Source of the DNA: an uncultured Gemmatimonadota bacterium
GTDB taxonomy: Bacteria > Gemmatimonadota > Gemmatimonadetes > Gemmatimonadales > Gemmatimonadaceae
Length of the DNA: 64,000 nucleotides
Direction of reading: 5' to 3'
Assembly: GCA_903910555.1 (NCBI GenBank)
Contig: CAIVZZ010000018.1
Location: forward strand, 31,363-95,362
The notes under the pieces were generated by a model that ran no database searches, had not been told where the DNA came from, and worked only from the letters and a program-made list of their open reading frames with translations. Position numbers and translations under genes: made by a program. The first letter of the stretch is position 1. Each line of letters starts with the position of its first letter. This document shows positions 26,556 to 37,446 of the stretch, piece by piece.

Positions 26556-27616
26556 ATATCACGAGAACGAATCTTCTCGATCTGACGCCCGCGGAATCTG
26601 AATCCGCACTTCGCGCGTTCGCGGAATCGCACGGCGTTCCGGCGTACCGCGGGAGTCAGGCCGCCCGCCATTTGTGGGGTGCGGCCCCCGCTGCCGCGTT
26701 TGAGGACATGACCGATCTGCCGAAAGAATTCAGGGCGCTGCTTGCGGAGCACTTTGAAATCCCGCGCCTCGCGCTCGCAACGGAGCAGGAGTCGACGGAC
26801 GGCACGCGGAAGTTTCTGTTCACGATGCACGACGGACAGGCGATTGAGACCGTGGCGATCCCCGATGGTGACCGCATGACGTTCTGTGTGTCGTCCCAGG
26901 CCGGCTGCGCGCTGAAGTGTTCGTTCTGTGCGACCGGCGCGATGGGATTCGCACGCAATCTCGCGCCGCACGAAATCGCGGGACAGGTCCGCGAACTCGC
27001 GATGCTCAACCCGCCCCTCTTCGCGACGAACATCGTTTTCATGGGAATGGGCGAGCCGCTCATGAACTGGGAAGCAGTCGACAAGACACTCACGATTCTC
27101 AACGATCCGAAAGGATTTGAGATCGGCGCGCGCCATATCACCGTATCGACGGTGGGATGGCTGCCGGGAATCGAAGCGCTCGCGGCGCGAAAAGAGCAGT
27201 TTCGTCTCGCGATTTCCGTGCACGCGCCGACCGACGGACTGCGCGCGACGCTGATGCCCGTGAATACGAAGTTCCCGCTCGCCGATGTCATTGACGCCGC
27301 TGCCGCGTTCGATCGCCGCGTGACGTTCGAATATGTCATGCTTGGCGGCGTGAACGACACGCCTGCCATTGCAAATGAGCTCGCAATGCTCGCGCGCCGC
27401 TGCAAGGCGTTCGTAAATTTGATTCCGCTGCATCCGGGCGGCTCGATGGGATTCGTCCCTACCGAGCGTCAGGCCATTGGCGCGTTCGCGCGACAGCTGC
27501 GCGTGCACGGTGTGGAAGTGGCGATCCGAAAAAGCCGCGGTATTGATATCGCGGCAGCGTGCGGCCAGCTACGGGTTGAGCGGCTGGAGCGGCGGCGTCC
27601 AGTTGCGGCCGACTAG
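26552..27616 (+). CDS. rlmN: 23S rRNA/tRNA (adenine-C2)-methyltransferase, radical SAM
   Basis: 354 aa. CxxxCxxC in SSQAGCALKCSFCATG, MGMGEPL and C-terminal DIAAACGQL. Confidence 0.95.
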   Translation: MNITRTNLLDLTPAESESALRAFAESHGVPAYRGSQAARHLWGAAPAAAFEDMTDLPKEFRALLAEHFEIPRLALATEQESTDGTRKFLFTMHDGQAIETVAIPDGDRMTFCVSSQAGCALKCSFCATGAMGFARNLAPHEIAGQVRELAMLNPPLFATNIVFMGMGEPLMNWEAVDKTLTILNDPKGFEIGARHITVSTVGWLPGIEALAARKEQFRLAISVHAPTDGLRATLMPVNTKFPLADVIDAAAAFDRRVTFEYVMLGGVNDTPAIANELAMLARRCKAFVNLIPLHPGGSMGFVPTERQAIGAFARQLRVHGVEVAIRKSRGIDIAAACGQLRVERLERRRPVAAD

Positions 27617-28018
27617 AATCGTCAGGTCGAGAAAACGCGAACTGTCCGGCACCTCTTCCACATGTGCGCGTCCCAGCGCACGCGCCGCGAGCGTCGCCCA
27701 CTCCGCGTGACCTGAGCGATCGATCACCCGCGTCGTATCCGCGCGCTCGGTTGAGTTGCCAAAGAAAACGACGTCGAATCCCGCGTCCCGCATGGCGAGC
27801 ATCGCGCGACGGGCGAGTCCTTTGGTGTCAGTCGCGTTGAGCACTTCAACCTTGATATGCGTGCCCGACGGGACGACATGCTCCACCGCGCCGCTCGCTC
27901 CGCGCATGCGCGGACCGGAGCGGAGGTAGAGCCTCGCGATCGCGCCGCACGTGAGCAGCAGCACTCCGATGATCAGGATCCAGCGGCCGATTTTCTTTCG
28001 GTCCCTGATAGTCATCAT
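27569..28018 (-). CDS. LytR_C (cell-envelope-related transcriptional attenuator C-terminal) domain protein with one TM helix
   Basis: 149 aa. N-terminal TM anchor, then IKVEVLNATDTKGLARR...GFDVV..GN. Confidence 0.7.
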   Translation of the reverse strand: MMTIRDRKKIGRWILIIGVLLLTCGAIARLYLRSGPRMRGASGAVEHVVPSGTHIKVEVLNATDTKGLARRAMLAMRDAGFDVVFFGNSTERADTTRVIDRSGHAEWATLAARALGRAHVEEVPDSSRFLDLTILVGRNWTPPLQPLNP

Positions 28019-28019
28019 G

Positions 28020-28577
28020 CTATTGTCCGCTCACTGAGTTCCAGAGCACGATGCTCTCGGGAAAGAGCGGCTTCCCTTCCCGCAGCGTCCACTCGAGGCG
28101 CATGCGCACGACCTGCCGGAACACGCCGTCGAAATCGCGTGGCAGCAGCGACGCGAGAAAGGCACGGTCTTCGCGCGCGAACGCCCGCCCTGGTTCCAGA
28201 AAGTCTGCCATGAACAGTGCGCGGCCGGTATGGTCCCATGCCGCGTTGCCCACGGTATGCCAGCGCACGGCAAGGAGAACCGCGGCGCGTTTCTCGCCGT
28301 CGAGCTCGAGCCGGGCCGCTGCCGCCGGACCGTGCAGCACACCAACAGGTGAGTCCGCAAATGATGTGCCGCGCAGCTGTTCGCGCAGGTCGGTCTCCGA
28401 TGCATCGCGAAGCGCGTCGTGCCAGCGGCCCGCGTCGTGCCACGCGGCCGCTTCGGCGGAAGCGATCGACATCTCCGATGCCCAGCGATCGAGCAGCGCC
28501 GTGACGCGGGTGATATGCGCGCGGCGCTTTTCGCCAACCTGCGCCCAAGATGGAAGCTCCGGCTCGGCGGATGTCAT
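28020..28577 (-). CDS. HD-superfamily hydrolase (YqeK-like)
   Basis: RRAHITRVTALL..., WHDALRD and ADFLEPGR resemble YqeK-type HD phosphohydrolases. The ATG at 28577 avoids overlap with the upstream gene. The ORF track starts at 28661. Confidence 0.55.
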   Translation of the reverse strand: MTSAEPELPSWAQVGEKRRAHITRVTALLDRWASEMSIASAEAAAWHDAGRWHDALRDASETDLREQLRGTSFADSPVGVLHGPAAAARLELDGEKRAAVLLAVRWHTVGNAAWDHTGRALFMADFLEPGRAFAREDRAFLASLLPRDFDGVFRQVVRMRLEWTLREGKPLFPESIVLWNSVSGQ

Positions 28578-28587
28578 ATGCGCACTC

Positions 28588-30687
28588 TCACGCAACGTTC
28601 GTGATGCGGTGCGCGAGATCGTTGAGGCTCGTGACGACCTCGCGCAATCCGTTGATCGCACCCTCGAGTCCGCGCAACGCCTCGGCCTGATCGACCGCGC
28701 TCATCGTCACGTCCTCAGCGCCAATGCGATTGCGCCCCGCGATCTCCGAAACGCGGGCAACGCGATCGAGCAGCACCGTGAACTCACCCTGCTGCTCGCT
28801 CGACGTGACGGCAATTCGCTGCGCGCTCCGGGCGCTCTGCGCCGTCGACTGCACGATCTGCTCGAGCGCGCCGCGCGATGATTCCGAAAGCTGCTCCACG
28901 TCCGACACGAGCGCCTGACCGCTCGACATCTGGTGCGCGACGCTGCGCATCTGCGCCTCGAATCGGAGCAGGATTTCGCCGGCTTCGTCGCTCGCGCGCC
29001 GGCTCTCTTCCGCGAGCGCGCGCACTTCCTCAGCGACGACCGCAAAGCCGCGTCCTTCGACCCCGGCGCGCGCTGCTTCGATCGCAGCGTTCAGCGCGAG
29101 CAGGTTTGTTTGATCGGCGATCTGCGAGATGATCGAAATAAAATCCGTGATACGCCGCGTGCTCTTGGCGAGCGCGTCGATCTGCTCCGCGCTCTCGCCG
29201 ACGAACTTCTTTGCCGACACAAGGCGCTCGATGGCCGTGCCGATCTTTTCGCGGTTTGACGTCGCGATGTCCGTCGCGCCGCGGCTCGCGCTCGCGGCAT
29301 CGCGCGCGTCGCTCACGACCCGTCCCGTTGCTTCGAGCAGCGCCTGCGTCATTTCGAGGCTCGACTGCACCTGCTCCGCTTCCTCGGAAATGCCGCGCGT
29401 GATTCCGGCCACCGTGCGCGCCACCGCCTCGCCGCCCCCGCGAAGCGTGCGTGCCGATTCGGTCAGCGTTTCGAGTTCGCGCGTGATGCGCGAAACGGTG
29501 TCGAGCAGCGGGTTGCGCAAGTCATGGATGTGCAGCGTCGTCGCCAGCTGATTGGCGAACCGCCGCACGAGCATCGCTTCCTTGGGACCGTACGCGTTCG
29601 GCTTGTGATGTTCCAGTTCAAGCACTCCCATCACGCGATCCCCAAAGCGCAGACGGATCGTGACGGCCGAGCGCACGTCGGCGCGAGGTTTGTCGATGCG
29701 CGCGTCGCGCGTTGCATCGAGAACGATTACCGGTTCGCCGTCCGAGAGCGCGAGCGCGCGCAGCGTTGCGCTCCCCGGATCGGCCGGCAGCGGAAGCGGG
29801 AGCAGCCCCTCGCCTCCGCGGTAGATCACGAGCTCACGGTCTCCCTCGACGCGCGTGATGCGCAGCGCGCGCCAATCCACCAGGCGGTGCGCGAGCGATT
29901 CAATGCGCCGTATTGCCTCTGCCAATCCGCGATCGCTCGAGACCACCTGCTCCATCGCCAGAATCGTGTTCAGTTCTTCGGCGGCGATCGACTCTTCAAT
30001 GATACGCTTGAACAAAAGACCGCCGAATCCGAGCACAAGCGCGACGACTGCGCTGCTCGCGAGCCCGACCAGCTGGAGCGCGCCAACCAGCACCGCCACG
30101 CCCGCGGCACCGGCGCCGTATGTGAGCACTTCATAGCGCAGCAACAGCGAGCGTTCGTCCGGGAGCAGCTTCCCGCGGATCAGCAGCGAGAAGTAGAGCA
30201 GCCCGCGGCTCATCACGAAATGCACGAGGAAGAACAGCGTCATCGCCGGGATGAACTCCGGTCCGGTCGCCGCCGGGTTCGACGGGTCGATCGCCACCGC
30301 TGCGGCCGCGTAAAATCCGTATGCCGCGAACAGTGCGAGCGCTTCGCGTCCCGCGTTGATCCACGCGACGTTTACGCTCTTTCCGAGCAGCAGCGTGTCG
30401 CACACAATCAGTCCGGCGAAAAGCGAGATCGCCGTGGTTGATGCGCCCGCGACCAGCGCGCCGCCGGTGGCGACGATGCCGAGCAGATTGACCGCGCCGT
30501 ACTTCGTAATCGGCAGCTGGAAGCGGCGGAACGAGATCGTCGCGCCGAACAAGGCAACAAGAACTGCAGCGTGAAACTCCCAGCTGTGTCCCCGCCACGC
30601 CGTGTCGTAATACGCTGCCACGAACAGCAGCACTGTACCGGCCAGCGGCATTACCCGCGCGTACAGTGCCACCAGACGGGAGATCAT
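28588..30687 (-). CDS. membrane receptor: about 7-8 TM helices, GAF domain, methyl-accepting chemotaxis protein signalling domain (no HAMP seen)
   Basis: 699 aa. The first 230 aa or so are hydrophobic. Highly conserved MCP hairpin tip [37 protein letters not shown]. Confidence 0.8.
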   Translation of the reverse strand: MISRLVALYARVMPLAGTVLLFVAAYYDTAWRGHSWEFHAAVLVALFGATISFRRFQLPITKYGAVNLLGIVATGGALVAGASTTAISLFAGLIVCDTLLLGKSVNVAWINAGREALALFAAYGFYAAAAVAIDPSNPAATGPEFIPAMTLFFLVHFVMSRGLLYFSLLIRGKLLPDERSLLLRYEVLTYGAGAAGVAVLVGALQLVGLASSAVVALVLGFGGLLFKRIIEESIAAEELNTILAMEQVVSSDRGLAEAIRRIESLAHRLVDWRALRITRVEGDRELVIYRGGEGLLPLPLPADPGSATLRALALSDGEPVIVLDATRDARIDKPRADVRSAVTIRLRFGDRVMGVLELEHHKPNAYGPKEAMLVRRFANQLATTLHIHDLRNPLLDTVSRITRELETLTESARTLRGGGEAVARTVAGITRGISEEAEQVQSSLEMTQALLEATGRVVSDARDAASASRGATDIATSNREKIGTAIERLVSAKKFVGESAEQIDALAKSTRRITDFISIISQIADQTNLLALNAAIEAARAGVEGRGFAVVAEEVRALAEESRRASDEAGEILLRFEAQMRSVAHQMSSGQALVSDVEQLSESSRGALEQIVQSTAQSARSAQRIAVTSSEQQGEFTVLLDRVARVSEIAGRNRIGAEDVTMSAVDQAEALRGLEGAINGLREVVTSLNDLAHRITNVA

Positions 30688-31454
30688 TTCACTTCGTCCA
30701 AAGCGGCGCGCAATGAGCGCGTGAGCACAACGGCTTCATTCACGCTCCGCCCGGCAGCCTGCACGATCGCGCTTCCAACGACGATTCCATCGGCCAGTGC
30801 GCCGACAGTCTTTGCCTGCTCGGGCGTCGATATCCCGAAGCCGACGCAAATCGGAAGCGAGCACACCGAACGAAGCGTCTCAATCGATGCCGGCAGCGAT
30901 TTCGCGAGCTCCGCCTGCATTCCGGTCACGCCAAGCCGGCTGATGAGATAGACAAAGCCGCGCCCGTGCTTCGCAATGAGTTCCATTCGATCGCGCGGCG
31001 TGGTCGGCGCTACGAGGCGCACAAAGTCGAGCGGACCAGCACCGAACCAGGCTTCGCGCTCAGGGTCCGCGCCCACGGGCAGATCGGTCACGAGCACGCC
31101 GCTGACTCCAGCACGCTTCGCGCGCACGAGTACGTCCGGTCCGGCCGCGATAATCGGATTGAGATACGAAAACAGCACGACCGGGATCCGCAGTTTCGCT
31201 TCCGCAATCAGTTCAAGGGCGCCATCAAGCGTCATCCCCTGTTCGAGCGCAGTTTGCGAACTCGATTGAATCACCGGTCCATCAGCCACAGGATCGGAAA
31301 ATGGAACGCCGATTTCCAGCACGTCGGCGCCCGCGTCTTCGAGGCCGCGAATGAGTTCGAGGCTGCGCGCGCGATCCGGATGACCCGCGGTCACGTAGCA
31401 CACCAGCGCCCGGCGGCCCGCCGCGCGCAATGAGGAAAATCGTTCGTTCAGCAC
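30684..31454 (-). CDS. trpA: tryptophan synthase alpha chain
   Basis: [25 protein letters not shown] and GFGIS motifs. The GTG at 31454 is 1 nt after the HD-GYP stop and gives 256 aa aligned to the E. coli TrpA N-terminus. The track start at 31589 is an over-extension. Confidence 0.9.
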   Translation of the reverse strand: MLNERFSSLRAAGRRALVCYVTAGHPDRARSLELIRGLEDAGADVLEIGVPFSDPVADGPVIQSSSQTALEQGMTLDGALELIAEAKLRIPVVLFSYLNPIIAAGPDVLVRAKRAGVSGVLVTDLPVGADPEREAWFGAGPLDFVRLVAPTTPRDRMELIAKHGRGFVYLISRLGVTGMQAELAKSLPASIETLRSVCSLPICVGFGISTPEQAKTVGALADGIVVGSAIVQAAGRSVNEAVVLTRSLRAALDEVK

Positions 31455-31455
31455 G

Positions 31456-32943
31456 TCAGAGAAAATAATCGCCGATGCGAATGCCGTAGCGATCGGGGTC
31501 CGCCGTCTTGATGATCGTGCGCCGGAAGGTCCCGGTCTCATCCTGTTCGGCGAGATCGACGAGCTCACCGGGATGACGCACGTTGCCAAGATCGTCGCTC
31601 ACGACGAGCGCATTCGGCCGCGAAACCATTTCCGGATTCGCGTTGGCCGAGTGGATGATCGCCAGCTCAAAGGTGTCGAGCACGACGAACGTGCCGACCG
31701 GATAAATGCCGAGAAGATTTACGAACGCCTTTACGATGACCGGATCCATACCGCGGCGTGCGTTGTCGCGCATCTCGCCGAGGACGGCCGCCGGGTTCAT
31801 CGGTTCGTTCTGATACGAACGCCGCGATGTTGCCGCGTCAAACCCATCGGCAACCGCAACGATCTTGCTGTAGAAACCAATCGCCTTCGTCCGCAGCGAA
31901 CGCGGATATCCCGTGACGTCGCGCTTCATATGGTGCTCGTACGCCACGACCATCGCGCGGTACGGGAACTCCTGCTGCTCTTTCACCTGAAATAGCGCGA
32001 GCAGTCCAAGCCACGGATGTGCGGCGATTGCGCGCCACTCCTCGTCGCTCAGCAGGTCAGGCTTGTTGAGAATGTCGACCGGCACGCGCGACTTGCCGAT
32101 GTCGTGAAAGAGCGCGGCAAAGCCGATGTCGTACAGCTGCAGTCTCGTGAGCCCAAGCCGGCGCCCGAGCGCAACCGAGAAAATGCACACGTTTACCGAG
32201 TGCGTGAACGTGTAGTCGTCATAGTCGCGAATGGTGGTCAATCCCATCAGCGATGTTTCATCGGCAAGGATCTGATCGACGATCCCCTGCACCACGCGTT
32301 TGATCTTCTTGATGTTGGGGCTCTGTCCCATGCGGACAGAGTTCATGACGTCCTTCGTCGCCGACACAGACTGCGTGAAGGTCGCGATCGCGGCCTCCTT
32401 CGATTTCACGCGAACTTTCTGATCGTCTTCGGACTCCACCGGCGGTGAAACCTCGAACGCGATCACGCCGGTCGTATCGAGGCGCTTCTGCAGCGCCTCA
32501 AAGCGAACTTCCGCACCATCGCCCTGCGGCGCGAGCAGGAAGTTGAGGAACACGGTCCAGTCACGCGCGACCGGCTTCGACTTCACGCGCAGGACGCCAA
32601 CGCCGCACGCGCGGCAGAGCGCCAGCAGATAGCTGAACGTGGTGTAGTTGTCGAGGTCGAGACGAAGCCGGGTGGAATTCACAAAAATGAATTCGCCCGA
32701 GACACGAAACTCGAGATCGCCTTCCGCGTCGCGCAGCTCTTCGGTCACCGCGATCAGTTCTTCGAGTCCCTTCTGCACCACCGGATTTTCCGGCGGATAC
32801 ATCCGGATGCTGCGCAGCGACCCGTACAGCGCCATGATGAAGTTGCGCCCGACGGAACGCGTGTACGCCTCACCGCCCTTCTCGCCGAGCGCCTGCTGTG
32901 CGGTCGTGGTGCGCGGACGGATGACCTGCGACGGGCGGTTCAT
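31456..32943 (-). CDS. HD-GYP domain phosphohydrolase (candidate c-di-GMP phosphodiesterase) with an uncharacterised N-terminal domain
   Basis: 495 aa. HDIGK and HHMKRDVTGYP (HHExxDGxGYP-type) motifs. Confidence 0.85.
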   Translation of the reverse strand: MNRPSQVIRPRTTTAQQALGEKGGEAYTRSVGRNFIMALYGSLRSIRMYPPENPVVQKGLEELIAVTEELRDAEGDLEFRVSGEFIFVNSTRLRLDLDNYTTFSYLLALCRACGVGVLRVKSKPVARDWTVFLNFLLAPQGDGAEVRFEALQKRLDTTGVIAFEVSPPVESEDDQKVRVKSKEAAIATFTQSVSATKDVMNSVRMGQSPNIKKIKRVVQGIVDQILADETSLMGLTTIRDYDDYTFTHSVNVCIFSVALGRRLGLTRLQLYDIGFAALFHDIGKSRVPVDILNKPDLLSDEEWRAIAAHPWLGLLALFQVKEQQEFPYRAMVVAYEHHMKRDVTGYPRSLRTKAIGFYSKIVAVADGFDAATSRRSYQNEPMNPAAVLGEMRDNARRGMDPVIVKAFVNLLGIYPVGTFVVLDTFELAIIHSANANPEMVSRPNALVVSDDLGNVRHPGELVDLAEQDETGTFRRTIIKTADPDRYGIRIGDYFL

Positions 32944-34751
32944 GCGGCGCCTCCCTTCAACGCGCGGTTCACGGCGTTGCGTACGACCACGTCTTTTTCA
33001 GCGAGCGCCTTCTGAAGGGATTGCGATGAACGCGTCGTGCCGATGCGACCGAGTGCGATCGCAGCGCAGGCGCGGAGTTCGGGATCTTCCTTCTTCGAGA
33101 ACAGCCCGCCTTTCGGGTTCAGCAGTTCGTCGAGCCACGGCACGCCGCCGTCACCGCACAGCGTGCCGTAAAGCTCGAACATCGCGAGGCGTTCGGTGCG
33201 GTCCGCTTCGCGAATCTGCGCAGCCTTCACGAGCGTCGTGACTTTCGAGAGCGCCGGCTTGTACGTCTTGCTGGCGAGCGCCTTGATGGCGGCAACGCGG
33301 ACGTCGCGATCGACATCTTCGAGCGCTTTCTCCAGCGCCTGCATCGCGCCGGGTGTCCCGATTTCTACGAGGGCCGTCACGGCGGCGAGGCGCAGTTCGC
33401 GATACGGTTCGCTCAGCACTTTGCCGAGCGCGGGAACAGCCGCCGCTGTTTTCAAGCCACCGGCGCGCTTCACTGCTTCCATCGCGACGCCGCCTTCCGC
33501 CGACGAGATCAGCTTCACGAGCTCGCCGGTGTTCGATTGGGCGAGGCGTTCAGCCGCGCCCTCGAGAAGTGGTCGCAGCTTGACGTTCTGCATCGCGCCA
33601 AGCCAGCCGAGCACTGTTCCGAGCGCAGCCGGACGCAGCTGGGAAAACAGTTCCTCGAGATCGGCGCGTGGCGGCAGCGTCTCCGCCTCATCCATCGCCT
33701 GGATGAGCTGAGAGAGAGCGCCCGGATCGCTCAGGCGATCTGGAAGGCTTGCGAGGCGGTCACGCAGCTCAGGGGTCAGATCCTTCGCGCGTTCGAGAAC
33801 CGTGCTGATTTCACGCAGCAGGAACGCGACGTTCGAAAACTGACGGCCCGCGAGCAAATGCAGCGTGAGCGCGTCGAGGTTCTGCGTGACTTCCTGACGG
33901 ATCGTCTTGTCCGTCTGCAGTTCGAACACGTCGAGCAATCCGGTGAGCACCGTGCGGCGAAGATCGGTCGCGTACTCACGCTCGGTCTCGAGTCTCAGAT
34001 ACGCGACTTCATCGGCGTCGAGGAAATACAGCGTGGAATCGAAGTCTTCCATCTTCACGATTCCGCTCGGCGATTGCTTCATTTCCTCCTGAGCGGCGCC
34101 GGATCCGGGTGGGCCCTTCCCCTGCTCGCCCTCGCCGCCAGCGGCCGCGGCAGCCGCCGCCTCGCGACGCGCCTCTTCAATCGCGAGTCGCGGATCGTCG
34201 ACGACCTCGCCGGCCTCGACCGGCCAGCGGCCGGGCTCGGCGGACGGATCGATCGGCACTCCGCCGTCCGCCGCGACTTCGACGTAACGATATGTGAGAT
34301 GCGCGAACTCCTGCTCCCAGAGGAGCGTGATCAGATCATCCTCGTGCGATGCCGCTTTGCGAACGCGCGGGATGATGTCGAGCAGAAGCTCGAGCTCCGG
34401 GCCTTCGAATCCGGGTGTCAGGGTGATCTCGCGGAGCCCGTCTTTGTAAAACGTCCAGGGCAGCGAGTCCGACGCGCGCTCGTTCTGTTCGTGCACGGCA
34501 ACGCCGGACCAGACGAATTTGAGATCCGCCACCGACAACGAGAGCGAATCTGTCTCAGCCCACAGCGGCGCAAACAATGCGCGCAACCCGTCGACCGCCT
34601 TCAGATAGGTCGGGTTGTTGTGCATGTAGAGCTGGTGCGCGCGCACGGTTTTGTCGAGCTGGCGCAACAATTCTTCCACGATCGCCGGACTGAAGGGCGG
34701 CTCGTGCTTTTCCGGCTCGTCCGTCGGCGGCGGTGCGGCGTTCGACATCAC
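32940..34751 (-). CDS. HEAT-repeat protein with an uncharacterised N-terminal domain and an acidic/Gly-rich linker
   Basis: 603 aa. The C-terminal half has repeated A.ALG.IG...A...L..AL.D.D..VR..A motifs (PBS-lyase-type HEAT repeats). Confidence 0.75.
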   Translation of the reverse strand: MMSNAAPPPTDEPEKHEPPFSPAIVEELLRQLDKTVRAHQLYMHNNPTYLKAVDGLRALFAPLWAETDSLSLSVADLKFVWSGVAVHEQNERASDSLPWTFYKDGLREITLTPGFEGPELELLLDIIPRVRKAASHEDDLITLLWEQEFAHLTYRYVEVAADGGVPIDPSAEPGRWPVEAGEVVDDPRLAIEEARREAAAAAAAGGEGEQGKGPPGSGAAQEEMKQSPSGIVKMEDFDSTLYFLDADEVAYLRLETEREYATDLRRTVLTGLLDVFELQTDKTIRQEVTQNLDALTLHLLAGRQFSNVAFLLREISTVLERAKDLTPELRDRLASLPDRLSDPGALSQLIQAMDEAETLPPRADLEELFSQLRPAALGTVLGWLGAMQNVKLRPLLEGAAERLAQSNTGELVKLISSAEGGVAMEAVKRAGGLKTAAAVPALGKVLSEPYRELRLAAVTALVEIGTPGAMQALEKALEDVDRDVRVAAIKALASKTYKPALSKVTTLVKAAQIREADRTERLAMFELYGTLCGDGGVPWLDELLNPKGGLFSKKEDPELRACAAIALGRIGTTRSSQSLQKALAEKDVVVRNAVNRALKGGAA

Positions 34752-35947
34752 TCTGTCAAGATACGCGTTTCCGCGACCTGCGCCACGTCTTTATCGCCGC
34801 GCCCGCTGACGCACAAAAGGACCGGCTCGTCGCTCTTCCAGCGACCGGCATTTGCATCGATCCAGGCAATCGCGTGAGCCGTTTCCAGCGCCGGGATCAC
34901 CCCCTCCAACCGGGCGAGCATGTGGAAGGCCCGCAGTGCTTGATCGTCGGTGATCGAGACGTACGTCGCGCGGCCGCTGTCGCGGAGATGGGAGTGCTCC
35001 GGACCAACGCCCGGATAGTCGAGGCCGGCGGAGATCGAATGAGCCGGGTGAATCTGGCCGTGCTCGTCCTGAAGGAGATAGCTCATCGCCCCGTGCAGCA
35101 CGCCGGGCCTTCCCTTTGAAAGCGAGGCTGCGTGCTGGGGCGTGTCGAGCCCGTGCCCTGCGGCCTCGACTCCAACGAGCTCGACGTTCTTGTCGCCGAC
35201 GAACGCGTGGAAAATTCCAATGGCGTTCGATCCCCCTCCGACGCATGCGACGACCGTGCGCGGCAACGCGCCCGCACGTTCGAGCATTTGCGCGCGCGCT
35301 TCAGTGCCGATGATCGCCTGAAAATCCCTGACCATGCGCGGGTACGGCGCCGGTCCGACCACAGATCCAATGATGTAATAGCTCTCTTCGCAGGTGCCAA
35401 CCCAGTCGCGAATCGCTTCGCTCGTGGCGTCCTTGAGCGTGCGCGTGCCCGACGTCACGGCAACAACGGTCGCGCCCATCATGCGCATGCGGAACACGTT
35501 GAGCGTCTGGCGGCGCATGTCCTCTTCGCCCATGTAGACGACGCACTCGAGTCCGAGCCGCGCGCAGACCGTTGCCGTCGCGACGCCGTGCTGGCCCGCG
35601 CCGGTCTCTGCGATGATCCGCTTTTTTCCCATGCGCTGCGCCAGCAACCCTTGCGCGAGCGCATTGTTGATTTTGTGCGCACCCGTGTGATTCAAATCTT
35701 CGCGCTTCAGCCAGATAGGCGCGCCGATTTTCTCGGACCAACGCGGTGCGTCGCTGAGCGGCGATGGGCGCCCGGCGTAGTGCGTCAGCGCGTCGTGCAG
35801 CGATTTCGTGAACGCAGGATCACGCATCGCGTCGGCGTAGGCCTCGGTCAGCGCGTCGAGCGCCGGAATGAGCGTCTCCGGCACATACTGGCCGCCAAAC
35901 GCGCCAAAGCGATCTGAAATTTCGGCTGCTGCGCTTACGGTGCTCAC
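34748..35947 (-). CDS. trpB: tryptophan synthase beta chain
   Basis: 399 aa. PLP-lysine motif HTGAHKINN and [12 protein letters not shown]. Confidence 0.95.
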   Translation of the reverse strand: MSTVSAAAEISDRFGAFGGQYVPETLIPALDALTEAYADAMRDPAFTKSLHDALTHYAGRPSPLSDAPRWSEKIGAPIWLKREDLNHTGAHKINNALAQGLLAQRMGKKRIIAETGAGQHGVATATVCARLGLECVVYMGEEDMRRQTLNVFRMRMMGATVVAVTSGTRTLKDATSEAIRDWVGTCEESYYIIGSVVGPAPYPRMVRDFQAIIGTEARAQMLERAGALPRTVVACVGGGSNAIGIFHAFVGDKNVELVGVEAAGHGLDTPQHAASLSKGRPGVLHGAMSYLLQDEHGQIHPAHSISAGLDYPGVGPEHSHLRDSGRATYVSITDDQALRAFHMLARLEGVIPALETAHAIAWIDANAGRWKSDEPVLLCVSGRGDKDVAQVAETRILTE

Positions 35948-36588
35948 GGTGTGCTCCCCTGTGCCGCGTCGAAAAACGCGCGCATTTTTGCATGATCCTT
36001 GATGCCCGGCGATGACTCCACTCCGGATGATACGTCGACGACATCAGGCGCGAGCAGACGGACTGCTTCCGCCACATTTCCCGGGTTGAGCCCGCCGGCA
36101 AGGACCACCGGCGTGCGTCCCCGCAGCGCTGCGACAGAATCGGCGAGCGCACCCCATTCGAGTGCGACACCCGTGCCACCCAGTTTTCCCTTCACGCGCG
36201 CGTCGAGTACTACGGCATCGGCCTCGTGAAAAAGCTCTTCGGTCGATTCCGGCAGCACAGATCCGTCCGCGCGCGCGACGGCCCAAACGCGCGCGCCAAA
36301 TCGTCTCCGCATGGCACGGACGTCCGCAGCGCGCGGGTCGCCGTGCAGCTGAATCACTTCAATACCTGCCGCGATCGCACTCGCTGCAATCGCGTCGACG
36401 TCATCCGCACCGAATACGCCCACGGCAACAGGTCCGCCTGTTGCCGCGTTGAAGATTTCTTTTGCCTGCAACGCGGTGAGGTTTCGCGGTCCGCCGGCGA
36501 ATATCGTTCCGACATACGCCGCACCGAGCCGCGCCGCCTCGGCCGCGTCTCCGGTTCGCATCAGTCCGCAAAATTTTACACTAGCCAC
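35944..36588 (-). CDS. trpF: phosphoribosylanthranilate isomerase
   Basis: 214 aa. N-terminus [14 protein letters not shown] and AGGLNPGNV. Confidence 0.9.
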   Translation of the reverse strand: MASVKFCGLMRTGDAAEAARLGAAYVGTIFAGGPRNLTALQAKEIFNAATGGPVAVGVFGADDVDAIAASAIAAGIEVIQLHGDPRAADVRAMRRRFGARVWAVARADGSVLPESTEELFHEADAVVLDARVKGKLGGTGVALEWGALADSVAALRGRTPVVLAGGLNPGNVAEAVRLLAPDVVDVSSGVESSPGIKDHAKMRAFFDAAQGSTP

Positions 36589-37420
36589 GCACCCGCCGTG
36601 CTACACCGACAAGATTTGCGGCGGCTGATCTGCCATCCTGCGATGACGAAAGCGACGATCCAACCAGCACGGCGTCCGCACCGAGTGCCGCCGCGCGTTC
36701 GACATCCGCGCGACTGGCGATGCCGCTCTCATACACCGCAGTGCGCCCGGCGGGCACGAGGGGGAGCAGGCGCGCACTGACGGCGTCGTCGATCACCAGC
36801 GTTTCGAGATTGCGGTTGTTAATTCCGATGACCGCGTGATCCACACGCAGCGCATGCTCCAGCTCGCGCTCGTCTCGCACTTCGAGCAGCACGTCGAGGC
36901 CGAGTTCGCGCGCATCCGCCGCGAGCGCGCTGCGGCGCTCTGCCGGGAGCGCTCGCGCAATGATCAGAATTGCCGATGCGCCGGCCGCGCGCGCCTCGAG
37001 CAGCTGCACGCGGTGCACGATGAAATCCTTTCGCAGCAGCGGAATGCTCACGGCGGCGCGCGCAGCACGAAGATCGCCGAGCGATCCGCCGAATCGAACG
37101 GGCTCAGTGAGCACCGAAAGAGCCGCCGCACCGGCAGCCGCATACTCTGCGGCGCGTGCCGGAATATCCAACGTTTCGTTAATCGCGCCTTTGCTCGGAC
37201 TCCGCCGCTTCAGCTCGGCAATCACCGCAACCGTGCTGCCGCGGAGTGCCGCGGCGAACGACGGCACTGCGCCGGCTGTTTTCGCTGCGCGCTCCAGCTC
37301 AGCTCCGCCCGACGCCAAGGCCTGCGCGCGCAGCTCCGCGGCCGCCGTGAGTTCTCCCAGCGGACCCAGCGGAAATGTCCACGCGGTTTCGACTGCGGCG
37401 TTGCCTTGCGTTTCGGGCAC
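36581..37420 (-). CDS. trpC: indole-3-glycerol phosphate synthase
   Basis: IAELKRRSPSKG, LRKDF, IGINNRNL and ESGI motifs. Start uncertain: the GTG at 37420 gives 279 aa. The ATGs at 37510 and 37576 would add a non-conserved 30-52 aa extension running into the lexA promoter region. Confidence 0.85.
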   Translation of the reverse strand: MPETQGNAAVETAWTFPLGPLGELTAAAELRAQALASGGAELERAAKTAGAVPSFAAALRGSTVAVIAELKRRSPSKGAINETLDIPARAAEYAAAGAAALSVLTEPVRFGGSLGDLRAARAAVSIPLLRKDFIVHRVQLLEARAAGASAILIIARALPAERRSALAADARELGLDVLLEVRDERELEHALRVDHAVIGINNRNLETLVIDDAVSARLLPLVPAGRTAVYESGIASRADVERAAALGADAVLVGSSLSSSQDGRSAAANLVGVARRVRG

Positions 37421-37446
37421 TGTTCGGGTAGTTTCTCGATTCGTGA

